Shown here in pieces: positions 7,869 through 15,769 of a DNA stretch of 64,000 nucleotides (positions are counted from its first letter, which is position 1; each line of letters opens with the position of its first letter). Origin of the DNA: a bacterium. Its GTDB lineage: Bacteria; Bacteroidota; Bacteroidia; Bacteroidales; Bacteroidaceae. The DNA lies in NCBI GenBank assembly GCA_963660485.1, contig CAVKYH010000006.1, positions 522 through 64,521 of the forward strand. The letters run 5' to 3'. The notes below the pieces were generated by a model. The model saw only the letters and a list, made by a program, of their open reading frames with translations. It was not told the origin of the DNA and made no database searches. A program made the translations under genes and the position numbers.

Positions 7869-9857
7869 CTACCGCTTCGACTGCGCCTGACACTTCATTC
7901 CCTCTTGCTGATATGCCGAAAAGGGAAAAGTAAGACAGGCTGTGCCGTCCATAGTTGGCTCGTTGGTGGAATAGTCGTGGGTGCTGTCGTGATAAACCCG
8001 GTCGCCGGGCTGAAATTCCTCGTAATTGTTTCCCCCTTCTGTGCTTATGCCCAAAAGACTGTTGAAGATAGTGGAATAAACCGGCCCGTCAACCAATCCG
8101 CCAAGGGTGTTGCCGAGTTTGTATTTGATAATGAACGAATGGGGTTGGGTGGGGAAAACGCCGTGTTGCGGAAAACCTGCAATCATACTCACTCCCCACG
8201 GATTGCAACCGAGGAGCCAGTCGCGCAGAGCGCCTTCCATTTCTTCAAACTCCCTGTCGCCCGTGAGTTGGCGGTAGAGAATGCATTGGGTAAGCATTGC
8301 CGTGGTGAGATTGTTTGAGCACCAAATTCCGGGAATGCCGTAAAGAAATGGCGTGTGCCTTGCCTTTTCCCACGTGCGCATTATTCCCGAGCGCAGATTG
8401 CGCACAAACTCCGCCGCAAGGTTTTTGCCGCCTTCTTTGGCAAGCAGATAATGCCCCATGTTCATGAACGGATACCATTGGTAGTGTCTCGCGCTGTCGG
8501 CTCCCATCCAAGGCGTTACGGGCTCGCGCCGCGCATATTCCACAGCCTCTTTCATATAGTTTTCGTCGCCCGTCTGATGAAACAGTTCCATTGCCGCCAG
8601 TTCCATGTCGTCAGTCCAGTTGTCTTCCTCGTAGATGTAGGGCGACAAAACCGATGCCGTTTGACACACACCGGGTTTCGCCTTTCCGGTGAGGTATGCC
8701 GCGCGGGCTTTCGCGCCTATCTTTGCGGCGAAATCGGGATAAAACGGCGCGAGAACCTTTGAGCCGAGGGCAAAGTCGGACGCAAATTTCCCTGCCGTGC
8801 TTGCCACTCCCGTGGTGTTGTTTTTCAGTCCGTGTTTGCCGCGTTGTTGTGGTTCTCCCGAACAATACCAAACGGGACGATAACTGCCTTTGCCCCACCC
8901 GTAATCGGCTTTGTCGTCATGAGGCAGGCGCATGCCTATATGATCGCGGTCGTCGGCTATCTGGTTGTACATCTCGCCCGGCGCAGGATTCATCTTGTCG
9001 AGCCAAAGAAGCCCCCAATAAATTTCATCTACGATATCGGGAATCCCGTTAGCGCCTGGAGTTCCATCGGCTCTATGAGTGTCGCCAAACGATGTTGGGT
9101 TTTGTATATACGCAAACATCATCTGGTAGATTGCATTTGCGGAGGTGGTGGTATATTGCAGGCAATCGGACGCGTCATGCCAACCGCCGCGCACATCGAT
9201 GCGCGTGCTGTCTTTGCGGAGCGGTTTGCCGTCGGACGCAAGCCTTACACTGCCGTCGGGATTTATGGCATTGCAAAAACCTACTACCATTCCGTCGTAA
9301 ACATGACAACTGTCGCGCAAAAAAGGATTCCAGCCGCAGCGTTGTTGCCGCATATAGTTGAGCACAAAATCGGCTGCGCCGTTGTAAACATCGTTGGAAA
9401 TTTTGAAGCTTGGGGAAGCGGAAAAACGAGGTCTGACATAATTTAAATTCCGGGCCACCAAATTTAAATTAGATGCGTCGGAGTTTTTACGAGATGCCTT
9501 GTATTTTTTTCGCTCTTTGTTTTCTTTCAGAAAAACCCTTATATAATATTGTCCTTGTGCTTGGAAATCACTGAAATTCAGGCGTGCCGTTGTTTTCATT
9601 CGCCCCATTTCGCCGGTTTCAACTATATATGGTTTGTGCGCCGTGCCTTGTTTTTTGTTTTTCCCGGTATAGACCGCTTTTTGCGTGGCAGCGTCAACGA
9701 TTTCAAAGCGCACGATTTCGGCTTTTTCCTCGCTCATAAACACCGCCACCTTAGTTGCCGACGGCAGATAGCCGAGTAGGTTTATCCTAATCCACGAACC
9801 GGCACACGACATCTGAATTGCCATAGCCGAAAACAGTATGGTAAAAAAATATTTCAT
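7869..9857 (-). CDS. GH9 glycoside hydrolase with N-terminal Ig-like domain, carrying an in-frame repeat insertion
   Basis: 662 aa. Signal peptide, Ig-like N-domain (IRINLLGYLPSATKVAVF) and GH9 blocks (GGWHDASDCLQY, YHDSTHDYSTNEPTMDGTA). Residues about 108-146 (..KKYKASRKNSDASNLNLVARNLNYVRPRFS) are encoded by repeat copy 4. Confidence 0.85.
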   Translation of the reverse strand: MKYFFTILFSAMAIQMSCAGSWIRINLLGYLPSATKVAVFMSEEKAEIVRFEIVDAATQKAVYTGKNKKQGTAHKPYIVETGEMGRMKTTARLNFSDFQAQGQYYIRVFLKENKERKKYKASRKNSDASNLNLVARNLNYVRPRFSASPSFKISNDVYNGAADFVLNYMRQQRCGWNPFLRDSCHVYDGMVVGFCNAINPDGSVRLASDGKPLRKDSTRIDVRGGWHDASDCLQYTTTSANAIYQMMFAYIQNPTSFGDTHRADGTPGANGIPDIVDEIYWGLLWLDKMNPAPGEMYNQIADDRDHIGMRLPHDDKADYGWGKGSYRPVWYCSGEPQQRGKHGLKNNTTGVASTAGKFASDFALGSKVLAPFYPDFAAKIGAKARAAYLTGKAKPGVCQTASVLSPYIYEEDNWTDDMELAAMELFHQTGDENYMKEAVEYARREPVTPWMGADSARHYQWYPFMNMGHYLLAKEGGKNLAAEFVRNLRSGIMRTWEKARHTPFLYGIPGIWCSNNLTTAMLTQCILYRQLTGDREFEEMEGALRDWLLGCNPWGVSMIAGFPQHGVFPTQPHSFIIKYKLGNTLGGLVDGPVYSTIFNSLLGISTEGGNNYEEFQPGDRVYHDSTHDYSTNEPTMDGTACLTFPFSAYQQEGMKCQAQSKR
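9421..9512. repeat. 21-nt modular repeat, copy 4 (D/E-B-A'-T'), located inside the GH9 coding sequence
   Basis: GAAAAACGAGGTCTGACATAATTTAAATTCCGGGCCACCAAATTTAAATTAGATGCGTCGGAGTTTTTACGAGATGCCTTGTATTTTTTTCG. On the minus strand it reads in frame as ..KKYKASRKNSDASNLNLVARNLNYVRPRFS.. Confidence 0.9.
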
Positions 9858-9896
9858 GGTGAAGTTTTTTTAAGACGCTTGCCTTTCCCGCGCAGA

Positions 9897-12800
9897 CTAT
9901 TGTATGTCATACCATTCCGAGTCGTCATCGTCCTGGTTGTCGTTGTCGGGATAAGTATTCTCGTCATCGTTTTGCTGCTCTGCGTTCTCGTCGTCATCAT
10001 TTGCGTTGGAGGGCAAATCATCTTCCGACTGATATATGTCAACCTGCTTGTCGAGCTGAAGTTCTGGCTTAATCTTCAACGGAGCAAAGGTCTTGTCGTA
10101 GAATTTCAAGTAATCGGCAATGCTTATGTCCACTCCAAGTTTTTCCATATTGGCTTTTGATATCACGATGAGCTTTGCGTGGGCAAGATGTACGCGCATT
10201 GGTTTTTCGTTGTAGAGCAACTGTGCGTAGGAGTGCGCTTCGTCGAAACTATTGAAGCCTTTCACAATCATTTCGCCGAGACCTTCCTGCACCGTTTGTT
10301 CCATTTCGAAATTACGAACTGCGAAATTAGTGAAATTATACCGCGCCACGTCGTAAAGCAATTGGTTCTCGTCGACCGAATCTACGGGATAGGCAATAAT
10401 TACATTGAAATCGGTGTTGCGTTCCGGCGAAAGTTGTTTTGCAAGTTCTATGGAATCGAGCACAGCTGCGTCGCCTTTGCTACGACGTGTCCAGAGAGAG
10501 CCGAGATCATAGACGCCGGAGCCCGGAACACGCCCTTCTTTCAAACCTTTGAGCATCGACTGCGCAAGAGGAGTGATTTCGTTTTGAGGATAATCCTTCA
10601 CAACTTTTTCCAAACGCTCGCGGAACACATCGCGCCGCCCCTCGCCCAAATTTGAAAGCGCATCGAGGAAAAGGAACTTGGCGCGGTTTTCACCTTCGGG
10701 GTAACGTTCCTGCGAAACCTTGGCATTCTTCAAAACTTCTCCCGTGTTGCCGCTGCGGAAAGCGTTGTAGGTGGCAGCATATAGCGAATCCTCCATTTGT
10801 TTGCCGTATTTCGCGTCGAATTCAAAGTTCGGATCCGTAATCATCTTTGTCATCTTGTCGTCGGCATACTTTTGCACGAGCGCGTTCTTGTACAGCTGTG
10901 CAAGATCGTCGTGTCCCATTTGCGATTCGAGCAGGAACAGTTGATACAATACGTCGTTCATTTTTTCGTATTCCGGATAATCGGTGTAAACGCGCGTGAG
11001 AGTTTTTTCGGCAAGCGGCAGATTGTTCAGTTTATCTTTCTCAATTACTCCCGCCGCGTGCAGATTTTCCATAATCTTCTTGTTGCTTTCTGCAATTTGT
11101 TCGGGCGTGGAGGGAAGTTGTTTGAGATAATATTCGCGTGTCAGCTTTTCGTTGTCATTGTCTTTGTCGGCTTTTTTCTCTTTCTTGTCGTCTTTTTTCG
11201 CCGAAGCCGTATCGTTTGCCGCCTGTGCCTTGGAATCCACGGAATCCTTGTTTGCCACCGGTTTTTCGGCGGTTTCTTCGTCGCCCTCTCCCATGTCGTT
11301 TGGCGTAGAAAGCCCCTTGTCCGAACGGCGCCAGTTGTCAGCCAACTCACGTTCGCCCCATTGCCGCGCAAAAGCCTCCTTGCCGCTTGTTACTGCCTGC
11401 GGATTGTAAAAATACCAGGCTTTGCCGTCGCTTTGTTGGGTTTGTTGGGTTGTAGTTGAGGTATCGTTTTTTTTGTCTTGGTTCGACTGGTTTCTAACGC
11501 CCGTAGCGCCTTTATTTCCTGCGGCAGCGGCTTTTTTACGTTCCTCGCGCAGGCGTTTTTTCTCCATTTCGATTGCCTGGTCAAAGACTTTGTTTTGCTC
11601 CGTTGCCGGCATTTTTGCAAGAGCCTGCACACTGTCTTGCGCATATACCACGGCGGTATGCGGTTCTAGCTCTGAGATTATTTTGCTGCGCGTCTGTATG
11701 CTGTCGTAGTCCTTTCTTTCTTTGCTAATCATGCCGAGGGCTTTGCTGTAGCAGCGTTTGGCCGACGTGAAATCGTTGCGCGAATAATAGATGCTCGCGA
11801 GTTTCAAAAGCAGTGCGCCCTTCTCCACTCCGCTCCGCGTGGATTTTGAAACACCTTTCTCATAGGCTTCCACGGCTTTGTTGGTATCGTTTTGTGCAAG
11901 GAGAATGTTTCCGATTGCATAGTATATTTGGTCGCAATACTTCACGTTTTTCGATTTCTTGGCCATGCGGTTGAGGCGCGAAAGCATTGCCTTGCTTTTT
12001 CCTTTGCTCACAACTTCGGCTTGAAGCACACGGGCGTTGAGCTGTACTTCATAGGGCGGACTTTGTCGCACTACTTTCGAAAGGGACTTGTAGGCGAGTT
12101 TACGGTCGCCCTCAAGGTTGTAAATCTGTGCGAGAAGGAAATACAGTCGTGCCTTTGCCACTGCTCCTTTTGCGTGGCTGGCCATATCTTTTATGTAAGG
12201 CAACGCCTCTTTGTATTTCTGCTGGCGCGCATAATAGTCGGCATACGAAGCATTCAGGGCGTGGCGCGCCGAATGGGGCACACTGTCGCGTCCTATCTTG
12301 TTGCGGAAAATATCCTCGGCGTCGTAAAACCAATTGAGTTCGGAATAGCAGGTTGCAAGCCAGGCGCGGCTTTCGGCAAGTACGTCGGGCTCTGCCGCAT
12401 ATAGCCTGTTGATGTACGAGAATGTAGATGCCGCTTCAACGAATTCGCCTTTGTGGAATTGCGAAATGCCCATAAGCATCCATGCGTTCTTCAAAAACGG
12501 GTTGTATTCTCTTTTGGCGAGTTTTTGCTTTTGTTTCGGAGTGCGTTTGCGGGCGCGGTTTACTTTGGGCTTGCGTTTTATTGAATGGTTCTTGATTGCT
12601 TTTTCGCATTTCTCTATTGCCGTATTGAAATTGCTCTTTCCCAATTCGGCTGTGCTCTTGTTGCTCACCGCGAAAACGGGCAACATTTCGGTGTAGTTGT
12701 CTTTGTTTCCTTGGTTCTGCGCCAGAATACCCTCTTTGTAGGCTTCGTGTCCGTTGAAATAGGTATTGTATCTTGCGGTAAACGAATGATAGAAACGCGT

Positions 12801-12998
12801 CATGGGCGTATTTTGGCTCGTGGTGCACGAAGCCAGCAATCCCACGGCCATTATTACCGTATATATATATAATGCGTAGCGTTTCACTTTATATCGGTTG
12901 CATTGAGCCGCATCTGCGACAAGACACAATTTATTTTCTAACGCCTGCATGCCGCCGATTATTGCATTGCGCCCCATATTTTTTAAGTTTGAGCGCAT
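9897..12998 (-). CDS. large TPR lipoprotein, PorW/SprE-like (type IX secretion associated) by N-terminal motif
   Basis: 1033-aa ORF. A lipobox-like LLASC follows a hydrophobic stretch, so the real start is probably an internal Met (aa 8 or 17). FYHSFTARYNTYFNGHEAYKEG..KDNYTEMLPVF resembles my recollection of the SprE/PorW N-terminus. Multiple TPR-like helices, a central K/E-rich low-complexity block and a D/N/E-rich tail. The family assignment is from memory only. Confidence 0.6.
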   Translation of the reverse strand: MRSNLKNMGRNAIIGGMQALENKLCLVADAAQCNRYKVKRYALYIYTVIMAVGLLASCTTSQNTPMTRFYHSFTARYNTYFNGHEAYKEGILAQNQGNKDNYTEMLPVFAVSNKSTAELGKSNFNTAIEKCEKAIKNHSIKRKPKVNRARKRTPKQKQKLAKREYNPFLKNAWMLMGISQFHKGEFVEAASTFSYINRLYAAEPDVLAESRAWLATCYSELNWFYDAEDIFRNKIGRDSVPHSARHALNASYADYYARQQKYKEALPYIKDMASHAKGAVAKARLYFLLAQIYNLEGDRKLAYKSLSKVVRQSPPYEVQLNARVLQAEVVSKGKSKAMLSRLNRMAKKSKNVKYCDQIYYAIGNILLAQNDTNKAVEAYEKGVSKSTRSGVEKGALLLKLASIYYSRNDFTSAKRCYSKALGMISKERKDYDSIQTRSKIISELEPHTAVVYAQDSVQALAKMPATEQNKVFDQAIEMEKKRLREERKKAAAAGNKGATGVRNQSNQDKKNDTSTTTQQTQQSDGKAWYFYNPQAVTSGKEAFARQWGERELADNWRRSDKGLSTPNDMGEGDEETAEKPVANKDSVDSKAQAANDTASAKKDDKKEKKADKDNDNEKLTREYYLKQLPSTPEQIAESNKKIMENLHAAGVIEKDKLNNLPLAEKTLTRVYTDYPEYEKMNDVLYQLFLLESQMGHDDLAQLYKNALVQKYADDKMTKMITDPNFEFDAKYGKQMEDSLYAATYNAFRSGNTGEVLKNAKVSQERYPEGENRAKFLFLDALSNLGEGRRDVFRERLEKVVKDYPQNEITPLAQSMLKGLKEGRVPGSGVYDLGSLWTRRSKGDAAVLDSIELAKQLSPERNTDFNVIIAYPVDSVDENQLLYDVARYNFTNFAVRNFEMEQTVQEGLGEMIVKGFNSFDEAHSYAQLLYNEKPMRVHLAHAKLIVISKANMEKLGVDISIADYLKFYDKTFAPLKIKPELQLDKQVDIYQSEDDLPSNANDDDENAEQQNDDENTYPDNDNQDDDDSEWYDIQ

Positions 12999-13037
12999 AC
13001 TTTCAGCCGCATTCCAGGTGCTGAAAAAAGGGCATTT

Positions 13038-13136
13038 GATATCGTTTTTACGAGGTCAGACCTAATTTAAATTCCGGGCCACCAAATTTAAATTAGATGG
13101 CCCGGAGTTTTTGCGAGATGCCGTGTAGTTTTTCCG
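13038..13136. repeat. 21-nt modular repeat, copy 5 (D-B-B'variant-T')
   Basis: GATATCGTTTTTACG AGGTCAGACCTAATTTAAATT CCGGGCCACCAAATTTAAATT AGATGGCCCGGAGTTTTTGCG AGATGCCGTGTAGTTTTTCCG. Confidence 0.9.
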
Positions 13137-13379
13137 CATAGGCAAACGAGTGTTGTTTCTTGGGATTTCAATTTGTATTTCAAGCCGTTACGCAATTATT
13201 TCGGAGCATTCCGCATTTCCGCAGAAAGACGGGCTGCAAACGGCAACGTTTTCCAGTTTTTCAACGCCCATTATATCCGATATAAAGTTGGGCTTTTTAA
13301 TTTTATTGACAAACGAAGCCTTGAAATCAACTATTTTTATTTTCTTTGCAAAGCATAACTTACAAAAACCTACAACCAT

Positions 13380-15587
13380 ATGAAGAAAACATTCCTTGCA
13401 GCTTCGTTTTTCATGGCTTGGGGCATCTGCGCCAACGCACAGATAACCGTTGACAACGTGAAAATGAAACTTGGCGACAACGCAGAGTGGAAAAATCCCG
13501 CCCTGAACGACAACGATTGGAAAGCAACGGCGTTTGACCGCACTGACCTTAGAAAAGACGACACCTATGCTTGGTATAGAATAAGATTTACGCTCCCGAA
13601 ATCCCTGCTTAGTTCGTCCGACCTAAAAGAATATGTGAGATTCTACCTCGGGAAATTCGACGATGTGGACGAAACTTATCTCAACGGCACACTTATCGGC
13701 AAAATGGGGCGTATGGTCAACGACCCCAAAGGATATGAGAGCGCCTGGGACGTGGAGCGCGTTTACGATGTGCCGACATCGAGCAAATTGCTCAAATGGG
13801 ACGAGGAAAATGTGATAGCCGTGAGAGTTTTCAACAAGAGCGGCGACGGCGGCATGACCAATGGTCCTGTCAAGGTGCTTGTGCCGAGTCTTATCGACTG
13901 TATGAGTTTTTCCGTAGGACACTCCACTGTGAAAGGCAAGGAATATTGCACCGTTGAAATGGGCAACAGCGCAAAAACAGCCCAGAAAGGAAAACTCTTT
14001 ATCGTGAAGAAAGATATCGAAAACGGCAATACGATAAGCAGCATAGAGCAAAATGTGAACGTGAAAGGCAAGAGCTCGCGAACAATCAGCCTGCCCGTAA
14101 ACGACAAGGCCATGGCGCGCTACCAGATAACCTATCAAGACAACGCAACAGGACGTACTCTTTCGGGCAAATACATTCCGCGATATATTCTAACGCCCGA
14201 AACTCCCGAGAAACCGGTTATAAATGCAGCTATGCGCTTTGGCGTGCGCCCAGGCTCGCCTATCATTTACCGCATACCCGTTTCAGGCGTGCGCCCAATG
14301 AAGTTTGAAGTAACAAAACTGCCTGACGGAGTGAAACTCGACCGCGAAAACGGAATATTGTCGGGCAGCTTGCAGTCGAGAGGCGAATACACCATGACCA
14401 TAAAGGCCGAAAACGCAAAGGGAAGCGCCGAAAAACAATTCACAATTGTTGTGGGCGACAAGATAGCGCTTACTCCTCCTATGGGCTGGAACAGCTGGAA
14501 TTGCTGGGGGCTTAGCGTTTCGCAGGAAAAGGTGATTTCTTCGGCGCAGGCCATACTTGACAAAGGGCTTGCCGATTATGGTTATTCCTATATCAACGTT
14601 GACGACGCCTGGGAATCGGCAAAACGAAACGACGACGGCACAATTGGCACCAACGACAAGTTTCCCGACATGAAAGGTCTGGGCGACTGGCTTCATTCCC
14701 ACGGTTTCAAATTCGGTATATACTCTTCGCCGGGCCACATAACCTGCGGAGGATATCTTGGCTCCATTGACCACGAAAAACAAGACGCCGAAACCTACAA
14801 CAAATGGGGAGTGGATTATCTGAAATACGACTGGTGTGGATATTCCAAGCGTTATGCTGAAGAAGGAGACCATACAACGCCGGCATTTATAAAGCCCTAC
14901 CTTAAAATGCAATACTATCTGCGCCAACAGCCACGCGACATATTTTATAGCCTTTGCCAGTATGGTATGGCCGATGTTTGGCGTTGGGGAGAATTCGTGG
15001 ACGCAAATTCATGGAGAACCACAGGTGATATCACCGATACCTGGGAATCGATGTACGACATAGGTTTCCGTCGCCAAAAAGACCTTTATCCTTACGCACA
15101 GCCGGGACATTGGAACGACCCCGACATGCTTATTGTGGGCAAGGTGGGCTGGAGTGCAAACCTTCGCGATTCACGTTTGACTGTCGACGAACAATACACG
15201 CATATAAGCCTTTGGTCTTTGCTCGCCTCCAATCTTCTTATCGGTTGCGACGTAGCACAGATGGACGAGTTCACAAAACGTTTGCTTTGCAACAACGAAG
15301 TTATCGCCGTGAACCAAGATATTCTCGGCAAACAGGCTAAGCAGGAAGTTGTTGACAGAGATATTCAAATCTGGAAGCGTGAACTTCACGACGGGAGCTA
15401 TGCTGTGGGAATTTTCAACGTAGGCAATGAGGACGTGAACGTGGATCTTGCAAAATATTTCTCAAAACTCGGCATCAAGAGCCTTAAGAGCGTGCGCGAT
15501 CTTTGGAGACAAAAAGACCTTAGCACGTCAGACGTGAAATACTACCTGCCGTCGCACGGCGTGAAATACATAAAGGTTACTTATTAA
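13380..15587 (+). CDS. GH27 alpha-galactosidase / alpha-N-acetylgalactosaminidase family enzyme with N-terminal accessory domains
   Basis: 735 aa. Signal peptide, a galactose-binding-like N-domain and an Ig-like segment. GH27 core blocks are PPMGWNSWNCWG, YINVDDAW and LKYDWCG. Confidence 0.9.
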   Translation: MKKTFLAASFFMAWGICANAQITVDNVKMKLGDNAEWKNPALNDNDWKATAFDRTDLRKDDTYAWYRIRFTLPKSLLSSSDLKEYVRFYLGKFDDVDETYLNGTLIGKMGRMVNDPKGYESAWDVERVYDVPTSSKLLKWDEENVIAVRVFNKSGDGGMTNGPVKVLVPSLIDCMSFSVGHSTVKGKEYCTVEMGNSAKTAQKGKLFIVKKDIENGNTISSIEQNVNVKGKSSRTISLPVNDKAMARYQITYQDNATGRTLSGKYIPRYILTPETPEKPVINAAMRFGVRPGSPIIYRIPVSGVRPMKFEVTKLPDGVKLDRENGILSGSLQSRGEYTMTIKAENAKGSAEKQFTIVVGDKIALTPPMGWNSWNCWGLSVSQEKVISSAQAILDKGLADYGYSYINVDDAWESAKRNDDGTIGTNDKFPDMKGLGDWLHSHGFKFGIYSSPGHITCGGYLGSIDHEKQDAETYNKWGVDYLKYDWCGYSKRYAEEGDHTTPAFIKPYLKMQYYLRQQPRDIFYSLCQYGMADVWRWGEFVDANSWRTTGDITDTWESMYDIGFRRQKDLYPYAQPGHWNDPDMLIVGKVGWSANLRDSRLTVDEQYTHISLWSLLASNLLIGCDVAQMDEFTKRLLCNNEVIAVNQDILGKQAKQEVVDRDIQIWKRELHDGSYAVGIFNVGNEDVNVDLAKYFSKLGIKSLKSVRDLWRQKDLSTSDVKYYLPSHGVKYIKVTY

Positions 15588-15606
15588 CCTTTGCCAAACA
15601 ACTGAA

Positions 15607-15641
15607 ATACCGGGCTTTGAAATCAAAGTCCGGTATTTTTT
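15607..15641 (+). terminator. rho-independent terminator after the GH27 gene
   Basis: ATACCGGGCTTTGA / TCAAAGTCCGGTAT 14-bp stem (one G.U), followed by TTTTTT. Confidence 0.7.
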
Positions 15642-15656
15642 CGCCCACCTCCTTTT

Positions 15657-15752
15657 TCGCAAAAAACTCCGACGCATCTAATTTAAATTAGATGCGTCGG
15701 AATTTAAATTTGGTGGCCCGGAGTTTTTACAAGATGCCTTGTCTGAAAAACG
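15657..15752. repeat. 21-nt modular repeat, copy 6 (A-A'-B'-T')
   Basis: Perfect 32-nt palindrome CCGACGCATCTAATTTAAATTAGATGCGTCGG at 15669..15700, followed by AATTTAAATT TGGTGGCCCGG AGTTTTTACA AGATGCCTTGT. Confidence 0.92.
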
Positions 15753-15769
15753 GTGTCAAATCTTGTATT

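Noticed and set aside
9854-10160. Low-complexity ORFs 9854..10042(-) and 9879..10160(+) near the GH9 / TPR junction
   Set aside because: They are alternative-frame readings of the GAT/GAC-rich DNA that encodes the acidic tail of the TPR lipoprotein, not independent genes.
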